Sequence record: NZ_CP011600.1
DNA: 64,000 nt
Source: a plasmid
Reading direction: 5' to 3' (one strand)
Shown here: one piece after another, positions 18,121 to 28,869 of the stretch
Position numbering within the stretch: the stretch's first letter is position 1
Layout of the letters: each line of letters starts with the position of its first letter
The notes under the pieces: generated by a model
What the model was told of the DNA's origin: nothing
Databases searched by the model: none
What the model saw: only the letters and a program-made list of their open reading frames with translations
Made by a program: the position numbers and the translations under genes

Positions 18121-18519
18121 TTACATCCCCTTTTTAGACTGGCCAAACATCGCCCTGGCATTGTCGCGGGTCTCGTCATCAGACGGAGCCGGTAACCTGT
18201 CTTTTGAGTCGCGATCCTGAACCACTGTCGCTGCTGGCTTACGGTTAACCAGCCCCTTCATCTCTTCGGGAAATACAGCCTGCATCACCATCACCATTTC
18301 TTCGAAAGTGGTGTTTTCGTTCAGCAGCTCGGCCAGCATATTTGCCAGCCGGGGATCCTGTTTACGCAGCGCAAAACCAGCCAGCATCGTGGCACGCCAG
18401 ACACGGCCCCTTTCTCCCTGAGAGATTCTGTCTATTTCATCACAGACATAGCGCTCTGCCTCACTGCTCTCCGGGTTCAGGTAAAACATAATCTTGCGAC
18501 GGGTATCCGGTTTGTCCAT
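18121..18519 (-). CDS. parR: ParR/StbB centromere-binding protein of a type II (ParMRC) partition system
   Basis: Aligns with R1 ParR (QGERGRV/QGERSRL, TTFEEMV, FPEEM). Immediately downstream of parM. Confidence 0.6.
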   Translation of the reverse strand: MDKPDTRRKIMFYLNPESSEAERYVCDEIDRISQGERGRVWRATMLAGFALRKQDPRLANMLAELLNENTTFEEMVMVMQAVFPEEMKGLVNRKPAATVVQDRDSKDRLPAPSDDETRDNARAMFGQSKKGM

Positions 18520-18523
18520 GTTC

Positions 18524-19480
18524 TCAGCCAATTTCATGCATGCCATTCACCAGGTCATATTGCGGACTCTCGCTGATGAAAAACCTGTCTTCACGTAGCC
18601 CACAATGTTTTTTGACCGCACCGGCGATGAGTTCAGCACCGCCACCAATAACCATAACATGAGAATACCCGTTAAAGCTGCTGATCGGCTCAAGAACACG
18701 TGTGATCAGGCGCTGATGTGAATCATGGAGTGCCGCCTTCACAAGCTCAAGACGGGAGAGATCATTAATACGCTTACTCAGGAATTCCTCATCATGGCGG
18801 TGGATAATGATTTCATCCGCAAGAAGGCTGCTGCTGCGGGTACGGGCCATACTCAGTGCAGCGCGCACGTCCTGGGTCATCAGCGAGACGCCCAGTTCCG
18901 GGTTGCCATAAATACGTGAAATACCGCGCATACGCGCCCTGACATGAGAGATATCGAGCGTGGTCCCGCCCAGGTCAATAATCAGCATTGAATCCAGATC
19001 ATCCAGGTCCTTCACCACGCTGTAGCCTGCCGGGATTGACTCAGGCATTACGTCGACGTTGCGGATAACAAAGGTTTTCCCGCCATTCAGCGTCACCGGC
19101 CGCATCAGGCTCTCCTGCTTGCGCCGGATATTTTCTTCGCAGGGCTGGTTGTCACGGTTGTAAAACTCGGCGAGCGGCAGCGTGACAACAATATCCACTT
19201 CCTGTGGTTCAATTCCCGTTTTCAGGAGGGCGTGGTGAACGGCCACCACATTCACGTCACTGTACTGCCAGGCCACATTGGTGGTCACCAGAGCGTCCGC
19301 GCTGATGGGATCGAAGGAATACTGCTCACCGTTAAAGGCGTAGTTAAACACCGGCTCTGAACCGAAGGTCACCGCCCACTCACGCTTAAAGCTGTTGGGG
19401 CTGATAAGCCGTTTGACTTCGTTGCCGTCCGTCCACTGCATTTTGATATTGGTGGAACCATCATCGATAAAGAACTTCAT
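18524..19480 (-). CDS. parM: ParM/StbA actin-like segregation ATPase
   Basis: High identity to R1 ParM along its whole length ([43 protein letters not shown]). Confidence 0.85.
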   Translation of the reverse strand: MKFFIDDGSTNIKMQWTDGNEVKRLISPNSFKREWAVTFGSEPVFNYAFNGEQYSFDPISADALVTTNVAWQYSDVNVVAVHHALLKTGIEPQEVDIVVTLPLAEFYNRDNQPCEENIRRKQESLMRPVTLNGGKTFVIRNVDVMPESIPAGYSVVKDLDDLDSMLIIDLGGTTLDISHVRARMRGISRIYGNPELGVSLMTQDVRAALSMARTRSSSLLADEIIIHRHDEEFLSKRINDLSRLELVKAALHDSHQRLITRVLEPISSFNGYSHVMVIGGGAELIAGAVKKHCGLREDRFFISESPQYDLVNGMHEIG

Positions 19481-19484
19481 GCTG

Positions 19485-19640
19485 TGACTCCTGAGATTTT
19501 TTGGTATATGTAATAGTCATAAAAAGGTAATTATATGAGATAAATAAGAGAACTATTTATACAGTACACCCTAAAAGGGACGTTATCAATACAAAAAAGA
19601 GATAAATTAGAGAACTATTAGTAATTAATTGGAGACTTCA
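19485..19640. promoter_or_regulatory. parC-like centromere/promoter region upstream of parM, with direct repeats (gataaataagagaactattta / gataaattagagaactattag)
   Basis: AT-rich region with repeats immediately 5' of parM. Confidence 0.4.
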
Positions 19641-19892
19641 CAGAGAAAATTTGTGTAAGGCAATACTGATTTGTAGAGCTTGAGAACAGTGCATCGGCAA
19701 CGACAATGTCGCCGTGATGTGCCGGCACGCTGGATAAAAGAGGGCTGGAGAGCTGAGGGAATTTTCTATATGCACCGCAGAGAGAATTACCCCGGCCAGT
19801 TTGATCGTTTTCATCGCTTGAAATCGCGTGTTGCACCAGTAGTAGCGTTGGCTCTGGCCTGCTAAATAGAGCTTTCAACCGGAGGAAAATAC

Positions 19893-20150
19893 ATGAGACT
19901 TGAAGCTTTTCAGATAAACAATATAGTCAGGGATGATCTGGGTATTTTTACAGACGGGGTGATTATTCGCGACAACCATGTGTTAATTACGCTGAATCTC
20001 CCAGATGGCCAGAAAACCGCTATTGAGGGTGAATGGCGGCATATATCGGACGCCGATAGACTGTTAGATCGTATTGAAATGCTGCAATATGCGATTTATG
20101 AGCAGTATCAGGAATATAGAGCAATTATTCCTGCCAGATGGGCCAGATAA
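19893..20150 (+). CDS. small hypothetical protein
   Basis: 85-aa ORF with an RBS-like ggagg upstream. Confidence 0.35.
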   Translation: MRLEAFQINNIVRDDLGIFTDGVIIRDNHVLITLNLPDGQKTAIEGEWRHISDADRLLDRIEMLQYAIYEQYQEYRAIIPARWAR

Positions 20151-20529
20151 AATCACCGGCGAGCAGGACGTTCGCCAGTGGCCTTTTTTAATCCCTCTCA
20201 TTTATCCCCGCTTCCCGTGGTCAGCCCGCTGATGCAGTACACCATTCATTACCCACATGGTTATCCCCCGTTTCTGTGGATAATCAACCTCTAGCAATGC
20301 GGACTGACTACCGGAACAACGCATCCTGTGTCATCCCCAAAAGCCGTACAGTCCTCCCCTGACCCGCTGCCCCCCCTAAAAATTCTTTCACACCTGGACA
20401 GTCCGGCACTATCGGAAAAAATGACCAGACAAAGAGCCCCTGAGACTCTATTTATTTTTGATGAAAATACAGCCAATTAAACTCCGGACGCACGATTGAT
20501 CTTGAAACCTCAGTAAAACAAGAAATAAT

Positions 20530-20549
20530 ACTGTATATAAATACAGTAT
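20530..20549. promoter_or_regulatory. LexA (SOS) box TACTGTATATAAATACAGTA upstream of umuD
   Basis: Perfect CTGT-N8-ACAG palindrome about 15 bp upstream of the umuD start. Confidence 0.75.
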
Positions 20550-20563
20550 AAAAAGGAGGTTTT

Positions 20564-20992
20564 ATGTTTCATTTTACTCGCCCGGCTATCAACCCGGAGC
20601 CATTCACAGCCCCTTTGTTTACGGAACGGTGCCAGGCCGGGTTCCCCAGTCCAGCCCAGGACTATGTTGAAGCAGAACTGGACCTGAATGAGTTTTGTAT
20701 CCAGCGACGCAGTTCAACCTATTTTGTCCACGCAATAGGTAACTCCATGACCGATATAGGATTACACTCGGGGGATTTACTCATTGTCGATAAGGCTGAA
20801 CGGGCACGTCACGGCGACATTGTCATTGCCGAGGTGGATGGAGAATTTACAGTAAAACGTCTGCTTTTAACTCCCCGCCCTGGCCTGCAGCCCATGAATC
20901 CTTCTTACCCTACTCTCTGGCCAGACCCGGAACACCTTCAGATATTCGGTGTGGTGATGGCATTCGTGCACAAAACCCGGGGACATGACTGA
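20564..20992 (+). CDS. umuD: UmuD/MucA-like S24 peptidase subunit of the error-prone polymerase V
   Basis: Cleavage-site region CAGFPSPA, catalytic Ser (GNSM) and Lys (VKRLL). Confidence 0.85.
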   Translation: MFHFTRPAINPEPFTAPLFTERCQAGFPSPAQDYVEAELDLNEFCIQRRSSTYFVHAIGNSMTDIGLHSGDLLIVDKAERARHGDIVIAEVDGEFTVKRLLLTPRPGLQPMNPSYPTLWPDPEHLQIFGVVMAFVHKTRGHD

Positions 20993-22266
20993 TGTTCGCC
21001 CTTGCTGACGTCAATTCATTCTATGCAAGCTGTGAAAAGGTATTCCGGCCCGATCTTCGCACTGTTCCGGTAGTGGTTCTCAGCAATAACGATGGTTGTG
21101 TAATTGCAAGGTCGAAGGAAGCCAAGCAGTTAGGTATAAAAATGGGGATTCCCTGGTTCCAGCTGAAGAATATGCAATTTAGTGAAAAAGTGTACGCGTT
21201 TTCAAGCAATTATGAGCTCTACGCGAGCATGAGCAATCGTGTTATGAGCCATCTGGAAGAACTGGCTGTCCGGGTGGAAGCCTACAGTATTGATGAAATG
21301 TTCCTGGATATTCGCGGCATCGATGCCTGTATGAGCTTCGAGGATTTCGGCCGTCAGCTGCGCGAACATGTCAGGAACGGTACCGGCCTGACCATTGGTG
21401 TCGGTATGGGGCCTACCAAAACGCTGGCGAAGAGCGCTCAGTGGGCCTCAAAGGAGTGGACGCAGTTCGGGGGCGTTCTGGCCCTGACTCCCGGAAACCC
21501 TAAGCGAACGGAAAAAGTACTCTCTCTGCAGCCGGTCGAAGAAGTCTGGGGAGTCGGGAACAGAATTGCCAAAAAGCTCAGCATCATGGGCATTAAATCT
21601 GCACTACAGCTCGCACGCTCCAATACAGCTTTTATCCGGAAAAATTTCAGCGTCGTCCTCGAGCGCACTGTTCGGGAACTTAACGGAGAGAGCTGTATCG
21701 CGCTTGAAGAAGCACCACCGGCTAAACAACAGATTGTCTGTAGCCGGTCCTTCGGTGAAAGGATCGTTACGCTTGAGGGCATGAGGCAGGCAATATGTCA
21801 GTACGCTGAGCGTGCAGCAGAAAAATTACGCGGAGAACGTCAATTCTGCAGTCACATCTCAGTCTTTGTTAAATCATCCCCGTTCGCCGTAAACGAGCCG
21901 TATTACAGCAACGTAGCCTGCGAAAAACTACTTACCCCTACTCAGGATACCCGTGACATCATTGCCGCATCCCAGAGAGCGCTGGAGCGTATCTGGCGTG
22001 ACGGCGTGCGGTTTGCCAAAGCAGGTATCATGTTGAATGATTTCACTTCGTCAGGGGTAGCTCAACTGAATCTGTTCGATGAACAATCGCCCCGGCCACA
22101 CAGTCAGGAGCTAATGGCTGTTCTGGACAGTATCAACCAGTCGCGACTCGGACAACTGTGGTTTGCCGGCAGAGGTACTGCTCCTGAATGGCAAATGAAA
22201 CGAGGAATGCTTTCGCCAGCTTATACCACGCGCTGGAAGGAAATTCCGAAAGCCAGGATCGGTTAA
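20992..22266 (+). CDS. umuC: UmuC/MucB-like Y-family DNA polymerase
   Basis: N-terminal [15 protein letters not shown]. The start overlaps the umuD stop. Confidence 0.9.
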   Translation: MFALADVNSFYASCEKVFRPDLRTVPVVVLSNNDGCVIARSKEAKQLGIKMGIPWFQLKNMQFSEKVYAFSSNYELYASMSNRVMSHLEELAVRVEAYSIDEMFLDIRGIDACMSFEDFGRQLREHVRNGTGLTIGVGMGPTKTLAKSAQWASKEWTQFGGVLALTPGNPKRTEKVLSLQPVEEVWGVGNRIAKKLSIMGIKSALQLARSNTAFIRKNFSVVLERTVRELNGESCIALEEAPPAKQQIVCSRSFGERIVTLEGMRQAICQYAERAAEKLRGERQFCSHISVFVKSSPFAVNEPYYSNVACEKLLTPTQDTRDIIAASQRALERIWRDGVRFAKAGIMLNDFTSSGVAQLNLFDEQSPRPHSQELMAVLDSINQSRLGQLWFAGRGTAPEWQMKRGMLSPAYTTRWKEIPKARIG

Positions 22267-22402
22267 GCCCTGAGAATGCAGGCAGTGCTCGCCGCAGCCG
22301 AGTGACCGGGCAAAGCACGCGAGTGAGCGAGGAAGCACCAGGGCGCTGAGCTATATTTTACCTCTTACGCTCTGAGTACAGTTGAAAGCAAAGCTATAGG
22401 TT

Positions 22403-22487
22403 TAAAATCATGGCGATTTCACTATGAAATTCTATCGGAAAACGATAGTAAAACATGATGTTACAGTTGAAATCGCCATGGCGAATT
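22403..22487. promoter_or_regulatory. Candidate parS-like centromere: inverted repeats aaatcatggcgatttcac ... tgaaatcgccatggcgaattt 3' of parB
   Basis: Seen in sequence. Its position downstream of parB resembles the P1/F type I loci. Confidence 0.35.
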
Positions 22488-23452
22488 TAACTTGAAAAAT
22501 GCTTTTTAAGGATTGATTCGATCGCATTATCTATATCGTTTTGAACCTCTTTAGACATACGGTTGAATTCATAGGTAAGGTTGCGACCTTTGATTTTCTT
22601 GCGCGCGAATTTATCCTTTTCATCAAAATCCCAAAGAGGTGTAACTACTGCTTTATCTTTCAAAGGTGGCGAAACTAAAGATAGAGAAGTTTTAGATATC
22701 AACTTGAGCACTGCGTTTTTTTGTTCATCCTCAGCAAAACTGTCATCAGCGATAATGCTGTCCAGCTGGCTGGCTATATTCTCTACCAACACTTGGTAAG
22801 AGATTTGTTTTTGGCTTAATGACAGATCAATATCAAGTAGCGCTTTATAGTCACTAAATGATAGCTCTGATTGGATTGGAAAAAGCGAAATCAACTCTTG
22901 TGGTACCGCCGCCGCCTGCATCGCTCTTGTTACTTTAGCTTGAGAGAGTCCTTCCTGTTCAGCGATCTGTTTCTGACTCAAACCTGTTTCTTTCATAGCC
23001 AAAAGTCTGAGACCTATTTCACGAAGGTTATGTTCTTTGGCAGTCTGAATATCTTTGGCAAGTTGTCTTGCTTCTTCGTACGTTAACGACTCCGTTGTCG
23101 TCATCACATCGAGTGGAGCATGCACAAATATCGCAGCAGCCCGCCTGCGAGAACCATCGAGTATTTCAATTTTTTCTCGTTCTGTTACCCCTATACATGG
23201 GAAGAACTGCTGTAACTTGATGGTCTTGATAATATCTTTAAGAGATTCTTTTGTAAGAGCAGCCTGATCTCTTCCATTTGTTTCTTGTTTAACAAATGTT
23301 TGAGTAGAAACATCCGAAGCTGGAACTGTCATAAAACTAAATTTTACTTTACGCCCGGTTTTGAGTGTAAATATTTGCGTTCTTCCTTCTGCTGCCGTTG
23401 GCTCAACTGACAGCTGGGTATTTAATTGCCTTCCTATAGTTTTTCTCGACAT
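22487..23452 (-). CDS. parB: ParB/SopB-like partition protein (type Ia)
   Basis: 321-aa ORF coupled to the parA stop, with an HTH region (LSQKQIAEQEGLSQAKVTRAMQ). Confidence 0.75.
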   Translation of the reverse strand: MSRKTIGRQLNTQLSVEPTAAEGRTQIFTLKTGRKVKFSFMTVPASDVSTQTFVKQETNGRDQAALTKESLKDIIKTIKLQQFFPCIGVTEREKIEILDGSRRRAAAIFVHAPLDVMTTTESLTYEEARQLAKDIQTAKEHNLREIGLRLLAMKETGLSQKQIAEQEGLSQAKVTRAMQAAAVPQELISLFPIQSELSFSDYKALLDIDLSLSQKQISYQVLVENIASQLDSIIADDSFAEDEQKNAVLKLISKTSLSLVSPPLKDKAVVTPLWDFDEKDKFARKKIKGRNLTYEFNRMSKEVQNDIDNAIESILKKHFSS

Positions 23453-24705
23453 TATTTACCTCCGTTTGAACGAACAAACTCAATCCGATCGAAGACTGCT
23501 TTAGCAAAGTCCTCAGCTGCTAATTTCGCATTCTTGAGTGCATCACTGCTTCCATCATATGTGACCGGATTGGCTGATATAACAGTATCAAATGTCTCCC
23601 CACTTCGTTCAAAACCATCCAGCCTGGGTAGAACCGCATCCAGCATGTCAGCACCAAAAACTTCCTTTGCCTGACTTAAACAAATTTTATGGTCAGGTTT
23701 ATTCAGTATTTTTGACATGTAACCTATGTTTCCGATAAGCCGACATTCATGCCCTTCGGCCTCAATGCTTCCAATTAGATCAGGAAGACTCGCAACGAAT
23801 TTCAGTGAAGAATGAAAATCGATGGTGGCAGGGGGAAGCGGGGTGAGGAGGATGTCAGCCGCTCCAATGCCATTTTTAAGGAAAGCATCAAGATGGGGAC
23901 CAGTATCAATAAAAATAAAATCGTAATCTTTTTCTAACTTATCGATGATATTTTCTCTGAGCACCGCATGTATGTTTTGACCTGGCAAATTATCGTTGCA
24001 CAGTTCTTTCCACCGTTCAGCCAAAAAAGCATCATCAATTGAAGCCGGAATAATATCGACTCCTGGAATCGTGGTTGGAACGATAAATTCTGACATCAGT
24101 TCTTCACGGCTTACATTCTGAAGCATTGCCTGAGCAGCCGTCTCTTCAACCAGGCCAACTGAAGATTCATGGCGAAGTAACATTGTCAGAGAAGCCTGAG
24201 GATCAAAATCGAGTGCTAAGACTCTGATATCTTCATAGAGAAGATGCGGGTGAGCCCTGAATGCATGTGCAAGCGTGGCTGTAGAAACAGATTTAGACCC
24301 ACCACCTTTAAGATTCGCAACAAAAATTGTGAAAGCTTTTGGATGACGATCTCTGTACTTTGGTACTCCACGGTGTCGATATAAATCGATGACGTTTTGT
24401 AACGTCATCGCATACTTGACGGTATTCCCAGATGGTTTTTTATTGAATTCATAGCCATCTGATTCCATTTCATTCACAGCGTATTCAACACTGCCTTTGC
24501 TTAGCTTGGGTAATTTATAGAGAGATGCTTTGCTGTATACCTGGTAAAATTCATTTTGTTTTAATTCCTGTTTTTCTTCACGAACGTGTTCACTCAATGA
24601 AGTCAACATTTTGTGTGCTCTTGATGCTACCTTCTTCAACTGATCTAAGTTTCGCATGATGTTTACCTGATGACGTTTTTTGTCATTTTGACCAAAAAGC
24701 TTCAT
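23452..24705 (-). CDS. parA: ParA/SopA-like partition ATPase (type Ia, with N-terminal extension)
   Basis: Deviant Walker A box KGGGSKS, followed by DFDPQASLTML. Confidence 0.85.
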   Translation of the reverse strand: MKLFGQNDKKRHQVNIMRNLDQLKKVASRAHKMLTSLSEHVREEKQELKQNEFYQVYSKASLYKLPKLSKGSVEYAVNEMESDGYEFNKKPSGNTVKYAMTLQNVIDLYRHRGVPKYRDRHPKAFTIFVANLKGGGSKSVSTATLAHAFRAHPHLLYEDIRVLALDFDPQASLTMLLRHESSVGLVEETAAQAMLQNVSREELMSEFIVPTTIPGVDIIPASIDDAFLAERWKELCNDNLPGQNIHAVLRENIIDKLEKDYDFIFIDTGPHLDAFLKNGIGAADILLTPLPPATIDFHSSLKFVASLPDLIGSIEAEGHECRLIGNIGYMSKILNKPDHKICLSQAKEVFGADMLDAVLPRLDGFERSGETFDTVISANPVTYDGSSDALKNAKLAAEDFAKAVFDRIEFVRSNGGK

Positions 24706-24789
24706 GTTGCAAGATATTATTCATGAGATTTTGGTATTTAGCACATTTCTTTCGAGGTAGTGTTCAACGGGGCATGTCTTTGGTTTAAG

Positions 24790-25400
24790 CATGTGGGAAA
24801 TACCCCAACTTGGAATGCAATTTAATTACTATGGGAAAGAGGCCAAGTTCTTGTAAGGGTTATTTGTGGGAAACACCCCAAGTAAACAAGTTGTGGTACA
24901 AAGTTCCGTCTATCCAGTCAACGAACAGTATCCTGTACTTCCAAGCAGATAATCAGCTCCGTTGACTAATTATGGGAAACTGGCCAACTTATAAGTCAAA
25001 CATTTATACCGCTCGCCGCAGACAAATGACCGAGCAGAGCGAGCGAATGGTCGAGGAAGCGGAATATCCACGGAGTATCAAAATGCTCTTACGCACAAGT
25101 AGAAGACTGACTGGATCATGTAAAATATGGGGAATACCCCAAGTTCTCTTTTAGTTTGTTCACATATCCACAGGCTTATTTTTAAAGGCATTTTTATTCT
25201 TTTTCATTTTTTTATAATTTTTCTACTTTTTAGCATTGCTGCAAGCCTTGGTATTACAGGCCTCAGGAGGGGGATCTATGGGAACGGGGGCAAGTAACTA
25301 TGGGAAAAGCACCGAGTTTATATGGGATTTACACCAAGTTTATATGGGGAACACCCCAAGTTATCATGGGAGATACCCCAAGTTACTATGGGAAACACCC
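24790..25400. repeat. Replicon iterons: about ten ~20-bp repeats (consensus TATGGGAAACACCCCAAGTT), including five in tandem at about 25298-25400, plus an AT-rich stretch and a DnaA-box-like ATATCCACA at about 25164
   Basis: Seen in sequence. Directly upstream of the Rep_3 initiator gene. Confidence 0.75.
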
Positions 25401-25507
25401 CAAGTTTTTCACTCCATGTCACTCTGTGGATAACTCGTTGTTAAAACTTGTCGAATCACAACTATCATGCCATGATATGGGTACTTCAAATCTTACCCAT
25501 ACAGAAA

Positions 25508-26218
25508 ATGACAACTTCAACTGCTATAACTGCTCAAGCAAAAAAAGCAGTAAACATCAGTCAATCCAATGAATTGACTGAGGCTGCTTATCATCTTCCG
25601 TTACAGGCAAAACGAGTTTTATGGTTATGCCTTATGCAATGCTATTTCAACAAGGAGAACCCTGAAGAGGAGTCTCCAGTCTTCACTATTACTGTTGCCG
25701 ATTATCAAAAGTATTTTAAAGTCGGTGTTGATACGGCATCTGGCGATGTTAAAAAGGGAGTGAATCTTCTCGCGGAAAGCAACGTAACTTTTTATCCAAA
25801 AGAAGGGGAATTTGAAGAGCTTAAACGTCCCTGGCTTGCGGAAGCGGGTCTAAAACGGGGTAGGGGAAAATGGCAAATCGAATTCAACTATAAAGTCATG
25901 CCATATCTTATGGGGCTAACCAGCCAATTTACAACCTATTCCCTGTATGATTGCGGCAAGCTTAAGAGCGTTAAGGTAATTCGTTTATACGAAAGCCTTT
26001 GCCAGTATCGTCAGTCTGGAATATGGATAACTACACCAGAATGGCTTTCTGAAAGGTTCATGTTACCAGCTTCGCAAAGGACAAATATGGCGGAGATGAA
26101 ACGAACTTTTCTTAATCCGGCGCTTAAGAATATTAACGAAAGTACTCCCCTTAAGGCATCAATGTCTCAGGATGACAACGGGAAGCTGATTTTTACAATC
26201 TTGGATAAATCGGCCTGA
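25508..26218 (+). CDS. repA: Rep_3-family replication initiator (RepE/RepFIB-like)
   Basis: QSNELTEAAYHLPLQAKRVLWLCL matches RepE's [24 protein letters not shown], and IRLYESLCQYR matches YAMRLYESLCQYR. Start set at MTTST. The track ORF begins at a TTG at 25448. Confidence 0.8.
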   Translation: MTTSTAITAQAKKAVNISQSNELTEAAYHLPLQAKRVLWLCLMQCYFNKENPEEESPVFTITVADYQKYFKVGVDTASGDVKKGVNLLAESNVTFYPKEGEFEELKRPWLAEAGLKRGRGKWQIEFNYKVMPYLMGLTSQFTTYSLYDCGKLKSVKVIRLYESLCQYRQSGIWITTPEWLSERFMLPASQRTNMAEMKRTFLNPALKNINESTPLKASMSQDDNGKLIFTILDKSA

Positions 26219-26285
26219 ACTTGGGGTATTTCCCATCAGGGCATCGAGAAAGAGAAGTAAAGTTGGGGTGTTTCCCATAAACACT
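26215..26285. repeat. Two further iterons 3' of rep (cttggggtatttcccat, inverted; gttggggtgtttcccat)
   Basis: Same repeat unit as upstream, in inverted orientation, as in RepFIB-type replicons. Confidence 0.6.
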
Positions 26286-26570
26286 CATCTGTCGTTAAGG
26301 TGATTCAACACCCCAAAAATATGCCGACTAAACGGTTTGGCACTGTGTGTCGGAGGGTCGGTCTGTAGTTTTCCCAGCGTCCTCATTCCCTTATGCTGTT
26401 CAGCTTTACGAAGACAGTACTCTTCATCCGTATATCCCATAGTCTCGATCACTACCTGATGGATGCTTCCAGTAAGGTCCCGGGCGGTGACAATAAAGTC
26501 AGGTAGTACAAACTGAATCGCCACGGGTTTAACAGACACCTCAGAGTCATTTAAGATGGCTTAAAGAGAG

Positions 26571-26855
26571 GTGCCCATGAGCGGTAAGCGTTATCCCGAA
26601 GAGTTTAAAACTGAAGCAGTCAAACAGGTTGTTGATCGCGGTTATTCTGTTGCCAGCGTTGCAACACGTCTCGATATCACCACCCACAGCCTTTATGCCT
26701 GGATAAAGAAGTACGGTCCGGATTCTTCCACTAATAAAGAACAGTCAGATGCTCAGGCCGAGATCCGCCGTCTCCAGAAAGAGCTGAAACGGGTTACCGA
26801 CGAACGGGACATATTAAAAAAAGCCGCGGCGTACTTCGCAAAGCTGTCCGACTGA
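26571..26855 (+). CDS. IS3-family transposase OrfA (HTH)
   Basis: Typical OrfA with HTH and leucine-zipper-like end (LQKELKRVTDERDILKKAAAYFAK). Slippery AAAAAAAG at about 26814. Confidence 0.8.
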   Translation: MPMSGKRYPEEFKTEAVKQVVDRGYSVASVATRLDITTHSLYAWIKKYGPDSSTNKEQSDAQAEIRRLQKELKRVTDERDILKKAAAYFAKLSD

Positions 26856-26911
26856 GGTACGCCTTTATCCGTGACAACTCCTGTTGCTGGCCTGTTCGCC
26901 TGCTCTGTCGG

Positions 26912-27724
26912 GTGCTGGATGTTCATCCCAGTGGTTTTTACGCCTGGCTTCAGCAGCCGCATTCACAACGCCATCAGGCAGACCTGAGACTGACAGGACA
27001 GATTAAACAGTTCTGGCTGGAGTCGGGATGCGTCTATGGTTATCGCAAAATCCATCTGGATCTGCGTGACAGCGGGCAACAGTGCGGAGTAAACAGAGTC
27101 TGGAGACTGATGAAACGTGTCGGAATAAAGGCTCAGGTCGGATACCGAAGCCCGCGGGCACGTAAAGGCGAGGCCAGTATCGTGTCACCCAACAGGCTCC
27201 AGCGACAGTTCAATCCGGATGCTCCTGATGAGCGTTGGGTAACGGACATAACCTACATCAGGACCCACGAAGGCTGGCTGTATCTTGCCGTTGTTGTTGA
27301 TCTGTTCTCACGCAAAATTATCGGCTGGTCCATGCAATCCCGGATGACAAAGGACATTGTCCTGAACGCACTGCTGATGGCTGTATGGCGGCGTAATCCC
27401 GAAAAACAGGTGCTGGTTCATTCGGATCAGGGCAGTCAGTACACAAGCCATGAGTGGCAGTCGTTCCTGAAATCACACGGCCTGGAGGGTAGCATGAGCC
27501 GTCGCGGTAACTGCCATGATAATGCGGTTGCAGAAAGTTTTTTCCAGTTGTTGAAACGTGAACGGATAAAGAAAAAGATCTACGGAACGCGGGAAGAAGC
27601 CCGCAGTGATATTTTTGATTACATCGAAATGTTTTATAACAGTAAGCGTCGGCATGGTTCTAGCGAACAGATGTCACCGACAGAATATGAAAACCAGTAT
27701 TATCAACGGCTCGGAAGTGTCTAG
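26912..27724 (+). CDS. IS3-family transposase OrfB (DDE), expressed by -1 frameshift from OrfA
   Basis: rve domain (WVTDITYI, DLFSRKIIGWSM, HSDQGSQYTS, NAVAESFF). The reading frame is open upstream of the listed Met back to the slippery site. Confidence 0.8.
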   Translation: MLDVHPSGFYAWLQQPHSQRHQADLRLTGQIKQFWLESGCVYGYRKIHLDLRDSGQQCGVNRVWRLMKRVGIKAQVGYRSPRARKGEASIVSPNRLQRQFNPDAPDERWVTDITYIRTHEGWLYLAVVVDLFSRKIIGWSMQSRMTKDIVLNALLMAVWRRNPEKQVLVHSDQGSQYTSHEWQSFLKSHGLEGSMSRRGNCHDNAVAESFFQLLKRERIKKKIYGTREEARSDIFDYIEMFYNSKRRHGSSEQMSPTEYENQYYQRLGSV

Positions 27725-28869
27725 ATTATCCGTGGCGATTCAAACCCTTTTTCACCTTCAAGATCCACCTCGATATCAAAAAGAGGCTTTACCAGGCTTA
27801 ACGCCGGCGCATCCGATTTTTTTGACAGCCATTCAGCCGCTTCGGAGAGGCTTTCAAGCGTGCCGCGTTCCAGGCCACTGTCAACTGGCACCGGGCATCC
27901 GCGCCTGAACAGGGCATGCGCATAACCTTCGCTGCAGATCACAGAGCCATCCATACCTCTGCGAAATGCCAGGATCACCCAATAGGGTGGCCGGGCACCA
28001 TCCTGTGCTTCGCCGTTAATACTCAACCCTCGCTCAGGGCGGAAAACCAGCTCACCGTCCGGCCATATGAACGAGACTTCGTCCCGGGAGACCTTTGTGG
28101 ATGTAAAAATCTGAAAGAACATCCGCGTTTTATTGGCGGGCCAGTGTGCATCCGGACGTTCAAGCGTCTTCATCAGTTGTTCCCTGCCGTTTTCGCTAAT
28201 ACCGGGAGAAAATCTTACGATCTCTGACAGCAGACGCCCCCGAATAAATTCATTTTGTTCCGTAACGTTCCTGAGCATGTTTACGGATTCCGAGACACTC
28301 CGGGACGGAATCGGAAACAGAGAGTCAATACGGTTAAGGCCTGCGTCCTCAATAAGAGTTAGCAGCAGCCGCGCTATACGCGGACGGCGGGTACGGCGGG
28401 TGCGATCGTCTTCCGGTTTGGTGGGACGTCCCGGAGCTTTAATGGTGGTACCGGCATCATCCGGAGGCAGGAAATCTCGGTAGCTTATTCGCCTGCTTCC
28501 TGCCGTTTTTCGTGTGCCGACCCGAGTTGCTCCTTCATCACCGCAGAAAGGGCGGTACATACGGCAAGACATATCATGTTCGTGACTGAATCCTGCCAAG
28601 AAGAGAGTGCCAGTATCCTTCATCAGGTTAGCGCTGTTCCGGGCTGGGTGTTCACCATGTACGCAGTCACATTCAAGCCAGGCCTCTTTTTGCCGCATTT
28701 CCTGAAGTACCGAACTGGCGAGTGTCAGTTCGCCAGTAGTTAGCGGCGCGCGAGCGCTGTAGTAAGCCTTGACGGCGTCTTCCTCATCGGGACGCAGCCA
28801 ACGAATTGATCCGCCGGTTGGATTTTTCTTACGAACTAGCTGCATGGCCATGGATATGTCCTCAGAATG

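Larger units (their letters stand above)
26514..27742 (+). mobile_element. IS3-family insertion sequence (about 1229 bp), IRs TGAATCGCCACGG..., 3-bp TSD AAC
   Basis: Terminal IRs at 26514.. and ..27742 match on 13 of 13 terminal bases. AAC lies on both flanks. Two-ORF organisation with an A AAA AAG slippery site. Confidence 0.75.
26285..28851 (-). pseudogene. ~444-aa hypothetical gene interrupted by an IS3-family element (N-terminal part 27743..28851, C-terminal part 26285..26513)
   Basis: Removing the IS and one copy of the 3-bp duplication joins ...EVDLEGEKG-F-VLPDFIVTARD... in frame. Confidence 0.55.

Noticed and set aside
24790-25400. Array of ~20-bp direct repeats that could be mistaken for a CRISPR array
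   Set aside because: Repeat spacing is irregular (0-100 bp), units are degenerate, there are no cas genes, and the array abuts a Rep_3 initiator with inverted copies downstream. These are replicon iterons.
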